Shown here: one piece after another, positions 56,565 through 64,000 of the stretch
Position numbering within the stretch: position 1 is the stretch's first letter
How the letters are laid out: each line of letters opens with the position of its first letter
DNA from: Octopus vulgaris
Lineage: Eukaryota
Length of the DNA: 64,000 bases
Assembly (NCBI GenBank): GCA_951406725.2
Contig: OX597814.1
Span: 2,728,001-2,792,000 of the forward strand
Direction: 5' to 3'
Notes under the pieces: generated by a model
Database searches by the model: none
Seen by the model: only the letters and a program-made list of their open reading frames with translations
Told to the model about the DNA's origin: nothing
Translations under genes and position numbers: made by a program

Positions 56565-56747
56565 TGTATGTATGTGCATGTATGTATGTATGTATGTATG
56601 TATGTATGTATGTATGTATGTATGTATGTATGTATGTATGTATGTATGTATGTATGTATGTATGTATGTATGTATGTATGTATGTATGTATGTATGTATG
56701 TATGTATGTATGTATGTATGTATGTATGCATGTATGTATGTATGTAT

Positions 56748-56781
<34 letters not shown>

Positions 56782-56918
56782 CACGCGCACGCACGCACGT
56801 ATGCACGTATCGCACGCACGCACGTACACGTACGCACGTACGCACGCACGCACGCACGCACACGCACGCACGCACGCAATGCGCGCACGCACGCACGTAC
56901 ACGCACGCACGCACGCAT

Positions 56919-56993
<75 letters not shown>

Positions 56994-56994
56994 C

Positions 56995-57050
<56 letters not shown>

Positions 57051-57572
57051 CGTACGCACGCACGCACGCACGCACGTACGCACGCACGCACGCACGTACG
57101 CATGCACGCACGCACGCACGTACGTACGTGTGCATGCAACGCACATTGTGACGGGTGCACAGACACGTACAGACACGTACGCACGATGCAGTGCGTACGT
57201 ACGTGTGCACGTGTGCGCGCATGACAGACAGATGCGTACGTACGCACGCATCACGTATGCTGCACGCATCCGCACGTACACGTCCATGTCAGGAAGCACT
57301 GCACGTGCGTGTACGTACGCACGCACGCACGTACGCACTGCACGCATACGCACGCACGTACGCACGCACCTGTACACGCACGTGTACAAAGCACGCACGC
57401 ACGTGCGCACGCACCAGCACGCACGCACAGACGCACGCACGTGACATACGGGGCATCGCATGCACGCAACGCACGCATGCGACAGCACGCATGCACGCAC
57501 GCATCGCACGTGCGCGCTACGCATGCACGCACGTACGCGCACCCGTACGACCGTGCGCACGCACGCACGCAT

Positions 57573-57634
<62 letters not shown>

Positions 57635-57650
57635 GCACGCACGCACGCAT

Positions 57651-57688
<38 letters not shown>

Positions 57689-57726
57689 GCGCACGCACGC
57701 ACGCACGCCACGCACGCACGCACACA

Positions 57727-57770
<44 letters not shown>

Positions 57771-58690
57771 CACATGCGCACGCACGCACGCACACACGCA
57801 CGCACGCACGCACGCACGCGCACGCACGCACGTGCGCACGTATGCACGCACGCACGCACGTGCGCGCACGCACGCATGCGCGCGCACGGCACGCACACGC
57901 ACGCACTGCACGCACGCGCACGCACGCACGCACGCACGTACGCACGCACGTGCACGCACGCACGCATGCACACGCACGCACGCACGCACGTATGTATGCA
58001 CGCACGCACGCATGTATGTATGTATGTATGTATGTATGTATGTATGTATGTATGTATGTATGTATGTATGTATGTATGTATGTATGTATGTATGTGTGTA
58101 TGCATGTATGTATGTATGTATGTATGTATGTATGCATGTATGTATGTATGTATGTATGTGTGTATGTATGTATGTATGTATGTATGTATGTATGTATGTA
58201 TGTATGTATGCATGCATGTATGTATGCATGCATGTATGTATGTATGTATGTATGTATGTATGTATGTATGTATGTATGTATGTGTATGCATGCATGTATG
58301 TATGCATGCATGTATGTATGTATGTATGTATGTATGTATGTATGTATGCATGCATGCATGTATGTATGCATGTATGTATGTATGTATGTATGTATGTATG
58401 TATGTATATATAGATATGTGTGCGTATATAGATGTGTGTGTATGTATATATGTGTGCGTATATAGATATGTGTGTGTATGTATGTGTATGTATATATAGA
58501 TATGTGTGTGTATGTGTATGTATATATAGATATGTGTGTGTATGTATGTGTATGTATATATAGATATGTGTGTGTATGTATGTGTATGTATATATAGATA
58601 TGTGTGTGTATGTATGTGTATGAATATATAGATATGTGTGTGTATGTATGTGTATATATATATATATAGATATGTGTATGTATGTGTATG
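56175..58690. repeat. Compound satellite (TATG)n-(CACG)n-(TATG)n plus a ~30-bp TG/TA minisatellite
   Basis: (CACG)n-dominated ~56748-58010; minisatellite ~58405-58690. Confidence 0.95.
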
Positions 58691-58861
58691 TATACATATA
58701 TACATACATATATACATTATAAATATTACATAAAATAGAGTTACACTTATATATACGCATACACACACAGAAAACTCCCACACATACACATAATCAGACA
58801 TTGTGGAATATATATATGTACATATATATATGTACATATATATATATATACCATATATATA

Positions 58862-58904
<43 letters not shown>

Positions 58905-58905
<1 letters not shown>

Positions 58906-59045
58906 AAAATATCACAAAAAACTGCTACTCAGAGTTCCACGTTCCCGTTTGTCAGGCACTTGTAATCACAACTGCCGAACGAATGGGAACATGAAACTCG
59001 GAGTAGCAGATTTTTGTGATGTTTTTGCAGCTTTAATAATAAAGC
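58905..59045. mobile_element. Fold-back mini-element with two degenerate hammerhead motifs
   Basis: Minus 58922-58959 CTGACAA-ACG ggaa CGT-GGAA-CTC t GAG-TA-GCAG; plus 58972-59009 CTGC-CGAACGA-ATG ggaa CAT-GAAA-CTC g GAG-TA-GCAG. Confidence 0.65.
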
Positions 59046-59285
59046 ATACCCACACACACAGGCACTGATATATACATGTGTGTGTGTCTGTGTATGTGTG
59101 CGTGCGTGTGCGTGTAATATATTTGACAAATGGTTATCTGTCGATTATTGCGTTAAAGTGTTGAGTAAAGCACTTGCACAGTTTGGGCTATCTGGTGTTA
59201 TCCGTAGTTGGGGGATATTTACGTTGGATTTACTTCAGTAATTCAGCAGTGTTATTTGAAATGATAATAATTAATCAAAGATTGA

Positions 59286-59505
59286 TTTGGTATTAATCTT
59301 TATTCTGCACTACGATCGTTTCGACCCATGCTGCTGCTGTCCCTTTCGGATGGGGCTCCGTGCATCATGTTGTGCTACATCCGTTTTGCAAATTCCAGTC
59401 TGCAAACTGGATGCAACGCAACATGATGCACGGAGTCCCACATATAAGGGACAGTAGCAGGATGGGTCGAAACGACCGTAGTGCAGAATAAAGATTAATA
59501 CCAAA
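59286..59505. repeat. ~220-bp imperfect palindrome with the 3' half of a hammerhead-like motif
   Basis: ~105-bp arms; GTCGAAACGA(T/C)CGTA-GTGCAG-AATAAA on both strands. Confidence 0.75.
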
Positions 59506-59530
59506 AACCTCTTCCGTTTAAGTAATATGT

Positions 59531-59570
<40 letters not shown>

Positions 59571-59806
59571 TCACGCACACAAACACACATAAGGCACTTA
59601 TAGAATATAAGAAAAAGAAAACGGAATTCAAGGACCTCTTTATTTATTAGCTGCGATCGCTTCCATCCATTGCTGCTTCGCGGGTGAGATGCAATACAAC
59701 AGTTGTGTTGCATCATACGTGCATATTGCATCGTGTAAAAATAAATTTAAAATTTTACACAAACACACACACATAAATGTCTACACACACACATGTATAT
59801 ATCGTG

Positions 59807-60178
59807 GCACTCTTTTCGGTTATGACGACGAGGGTTCCAGTTGATCCGATCAACGGAACAGCCTGCTTGTGAAATTAACGTGCAAGTGGCTGATCCCTCC
59901 ACAGATACGTGTGCCCTTGATGTAGTGCTTGGGGGAGATTCAGCATGACACAGAGTGAGACAAGACTGGCCCCTTTTAAATACAGGTACAACAGAAACAG
60001 GAAGAAAGAGTGAGAGAAAAAGTTGTATTAAAAGAGTACAGCAGGGTTCGCCACTACCCTGCCGCAGCCTCGTGGAGCTTTAAGTGTTTTCGCTCAATAT
60101 ACACTCACAATGCTCAGTCTGGGAATCGAAACCGCTATCCAATGACCGCTGCCCTAACCACTGGGCCATTGCGCCTCC
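59807..60178 (-). mobile_element. SINE, head A + tail X
   Basis: Reverse complement of 962-1344. Confidence 0.88.
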
Positions 60179-60204
60179 ACGTATATAGACATACATATGT
60201 ATAT

Positions 60205-60479
60205 CTCACGTGATCACGTGACCGACCAGTCCATCAGATGTAGTTACACATCGCTGGTCACAATGCGTTCGCATTGTTTTAACCTTCGAATGACGAGCAG
60301 GCCAACAGAAGAAAGAGTGGTGAAAGAGTACAGCAGGGATCACCACCCCCTGCCGGAGCCTCGTGGAGCTTTTTATGTGTTTCCGCTCAATAAACACTCA
60401 CAACGCCCGGTCTGGGAATCGAAGCCGCAATCCTACGACCGCGAGTCCGCTGCCCTAACGACTGGGCCATTGCGCCTCC
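60205..60479 (-). mobile_element. SINE, head A + tail Y
   Basis: Reverse complement of 34671-34983. Confidence 0.88.
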
Positions 60480-61688
60480 ACATATGTATATGTATAAATG
60501 TAAATATATACATGTGTGTCTGTGTGTTTGTGTCTGTTTGTTTGTGTGCGTGTGTGTGTATGTGTGTGTGTGTGTGAGTGTGTGTGTGTATGAGTGAGTG
60601 TGTACATATACATACACACGCGCATAAATTATTTTATATACTCCGTTCTTCTGATGAGACAACCAGTTTTGTGTATGGGAAGCATATACTGTAGTTATCG
60701 TTAGTACTAGCTTTCCGTATTCTCTGCCAAAATCTTCAGCAATTATCTCAGCATTGGAAAATTGATTTAATTAACACCTTTTATTAATTATTGTTTATTA
60801 TTTTACAGGAAAACTTTGCAACGGAGAGAGAAATGTGATGGCCGCCAGGCGTCAGGCGAAAGGTCATCTGTGATATAAACAGTGGAAATGGAAGATGCTG
60901 GGTAGGTGGAGATAAAATAGTGCTCTAGTAGGGGTGGGGCTCAGAATGCTTAATACGGAAACGGGGAAGCGGTGGTGGTGTTGTTGTTGGTGGTGGTGCT
61001 GTTCGTGATATTATGTTGTTGCTGGCGGTGATGGTGATGGTAGTGGTGATGGTGGTGGTGATGGTGGTGGTGGTGGTGATGATGGTGGTGGTGATGGTGG
61101 TGATGGTAGTAGTGATAGTGACTGTGTTGGAGATGGTGGGTGTTTAAGGAGTAGAAGTTTAGAGATAGTGCGAGATATGTCAGGGTGTAAATTGTCTGAT
61201 GACGAAAGATAATAACAATTGTCACATTAAATGCGGAAGATTCTTGATCAAAAATGATTGGCTCGTCTTATATGAAGCACATTGAACTCATCATTCTCCC
61301 TTTTTCCTCTTCACAAGCACGTGTATGCACACACACACACACACGGACACACACACATATATATATACCTATATATTTGTTTAGATATATGTGTTTGTGT
61401 GTGTGTATATATATATATATATGCACACACACGCCCAGTCACTCACACGTACACTCACTCACACACACATACACACACAGATATGACAGTGTAGGATTTG
61501 TCCGGTATACCGGACCAGTGTCTGGAAATTCATAGATTCATAGATTCATAGAAAGGTCTTGTGAATTTCTAATGGGAAAAATTGATATATTTTTTTAATG
61601 TTGTACATATAAACACATAATATACATATACATACGTACGTGTGTGTGTATGTATGTATGTGTGTGTGTGCGTGTGTGTGTGTGCGTG

Positions 61689-61719
<31 letters not shown>

Positions 61720-61811
61720 AGATGAGAACGTACATAACACATATTTATCTATATGCGTGTATGTACGTATGCATGTATGTATAATGTATATATTGTATGT
61801 AATCATATATG

Positions 61812-62714
<903 letters not shown>

Positions 62715-62814
62715 AACACACATATATACATTCACGCATACACAGACACACAGTCACACATATATTTAGATAATGTATACACACACACACATACCACATA
62801 TATATATGTGTGTG

Positions 62815-63045
62815 TGTGTGTCTGTGTTTGTCCCCATCACCATTGCTTGACAACGGTTGTTGGTGTGTTTACGTGCCCGTCACCTAGCGCTTCAGCAAAA
62901 GAGACCGTTAGAATAAGTACTAGACTTACAAAGAATCAGTCCCGGGGTCGATTTGCTCGACTAAAGGCGTAGCTCCAGCATGGCCACAGTTAAATGGCTG
63001 AAACAAATAAAAGAATAATAATAAAAGAATAATAATAAAAGAATA
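62815..63045 (+). mobile_element. Dominant SINE 3' half
   Basis: GCTTGACAACGGTTGTTGGTGTGTTTACG..GCTCCAGCATGGCCACAGTTAAATGGCTGAAAC. Confidence 0.85.
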
Positions 63046-63048
63046 TAC

Positions 63049-63078
63049 AGATAGATAGATAGATAGATAGATAGATTG

Positions 63079-63129
<51 letters not shown>

Positions 63130-63131
63130 TG

Positions 63132-63199
<68 letters not shown>

Positions 63200-63200
63200 T

Positions 63201-63230
<30 letters not shown>
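63049..63230. repeat. (GATA)n microsatellite
   Basis: Direct reading. Confidence 0.97.
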
Positions 63231-63231
<1 letters not shown>

Positions 63232-64000
63232 TGTTTCTTTATTAGCCACACAGGGCTGCACACAGATAGAACAAATTACAAGGTAGAGCTTTTCTTTTGA
63301 AGGTTTAAGAAAAAAAAAAAAAAAAAAAAAAAAAAAGGAAGGGGGAGTTTCGATCAAAAGGGATCGTAAAAGGAGAGAAAGAGGACAAAAAAAAAGGGGG
63401 TTTAAAAAAAAGGGGGGAGGAAAAAAATTGATCAATAGGGATCGTTATCACAGAAATGTCAATATGAAGTGTAAAGGGGAGGACAGGTGAGGTTTACCCG
63501 TGCAAAGAAAAGCCTACGGAAAAGACCACGGTAACCTCGGTCAATGATGTCACATTTTATATTTCTTTTTTTTTTTTTTTTTTGCAAATAAGCAACTCTC
63601 TGTTTTCGATTTCTGGGTTCATAGGACTATGCTCAAGGTGGCTTCGTCATTCATACGTGCCATTCTTGCTACATTCACCCATCTTTTTTTAAAACATTCG
63701 CTAGACAAAACTTGCCTCTCTACTCTCACTTTCCTTTTCAAGTGGTACTTGAAGAAGTTGATGAGAGATTGACCAGAGAGGAAAGTGTTTGTCTCCAATC
63801 CTTTCAGACGCGTCCACCAGATACATTCTTTCGCCATAGCCACAAGGATGATGAAAATAGCTCTTCCTTCCCGTTTGAAGGAAGGAGGCGTGACAATATT
63901 GACGATAGACTCAGCTGATAAACCGACTCGTCCCACACGTGACAGCAGTTGTTCGACATAAGCCCACAGGTCGGAAATTGTTGGACACTGAACGAGTGCG
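63231..64000 (-). mobile_element. 3' end of a Tx1/L1-clade LINE (open ORF2 C-terminus from the window edge to 63619, plus 3' UTR)
   Basis: ALVQCPTISDLWAYVEQLL...LVAMAKECIWWTR...FKKRW is the typical post-zinc-knuckle ORF2 end; AATAAA then GAAACA then (TATC)n. Confidence 0.8.

Noticed and set aside
56000-58837. ORFs up to 799 aa
   Set aside because: (TATG)n/(CACG)n satellite
60645-60675. CTGATGAGAC motif
   Set aside because: No GAAA/UH or closing stems; chance match

Overview
Repeat-saturated, AT-rich animal genomic DNA. It is most likely Octopus, inferred from the tRNA-derived SINE families and the extreme (TA)n/(TG)n/(TATG)n load. No intact host protein-coding gene is supported, and nearly all listed ORFs are microsatellite translations. 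The window holds more than 35 SINE copies or fragments from several modular families, decayed LINE fragments (RTE, CR1/L2-like, a possible REL-type), the open 3' end of a Tx1/L1-like LINE, hAT/Tc1-mariner MITEs and Helitron-like elements. A block of about 3.8 kb is repeated (about 4.9 kb in the second copy) across a 100-N gap, probably as an uncollapsed haplotype. The most striking pattern is a set of small, sequence-diverse elements sitting in TA-rich microsatellites. They carry type I hammerhead-ribozyme motifs (stem I-CUGANGA-stem II-GAAA-short palindromic stem III-GUH-stem I'), often in fold-back or direct-repeat form, and look like Penelope-derived/retrozyme-like mini-elements. Five have intact catalytic cores. 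All coordinates were read by eye and are approximate at element edges.
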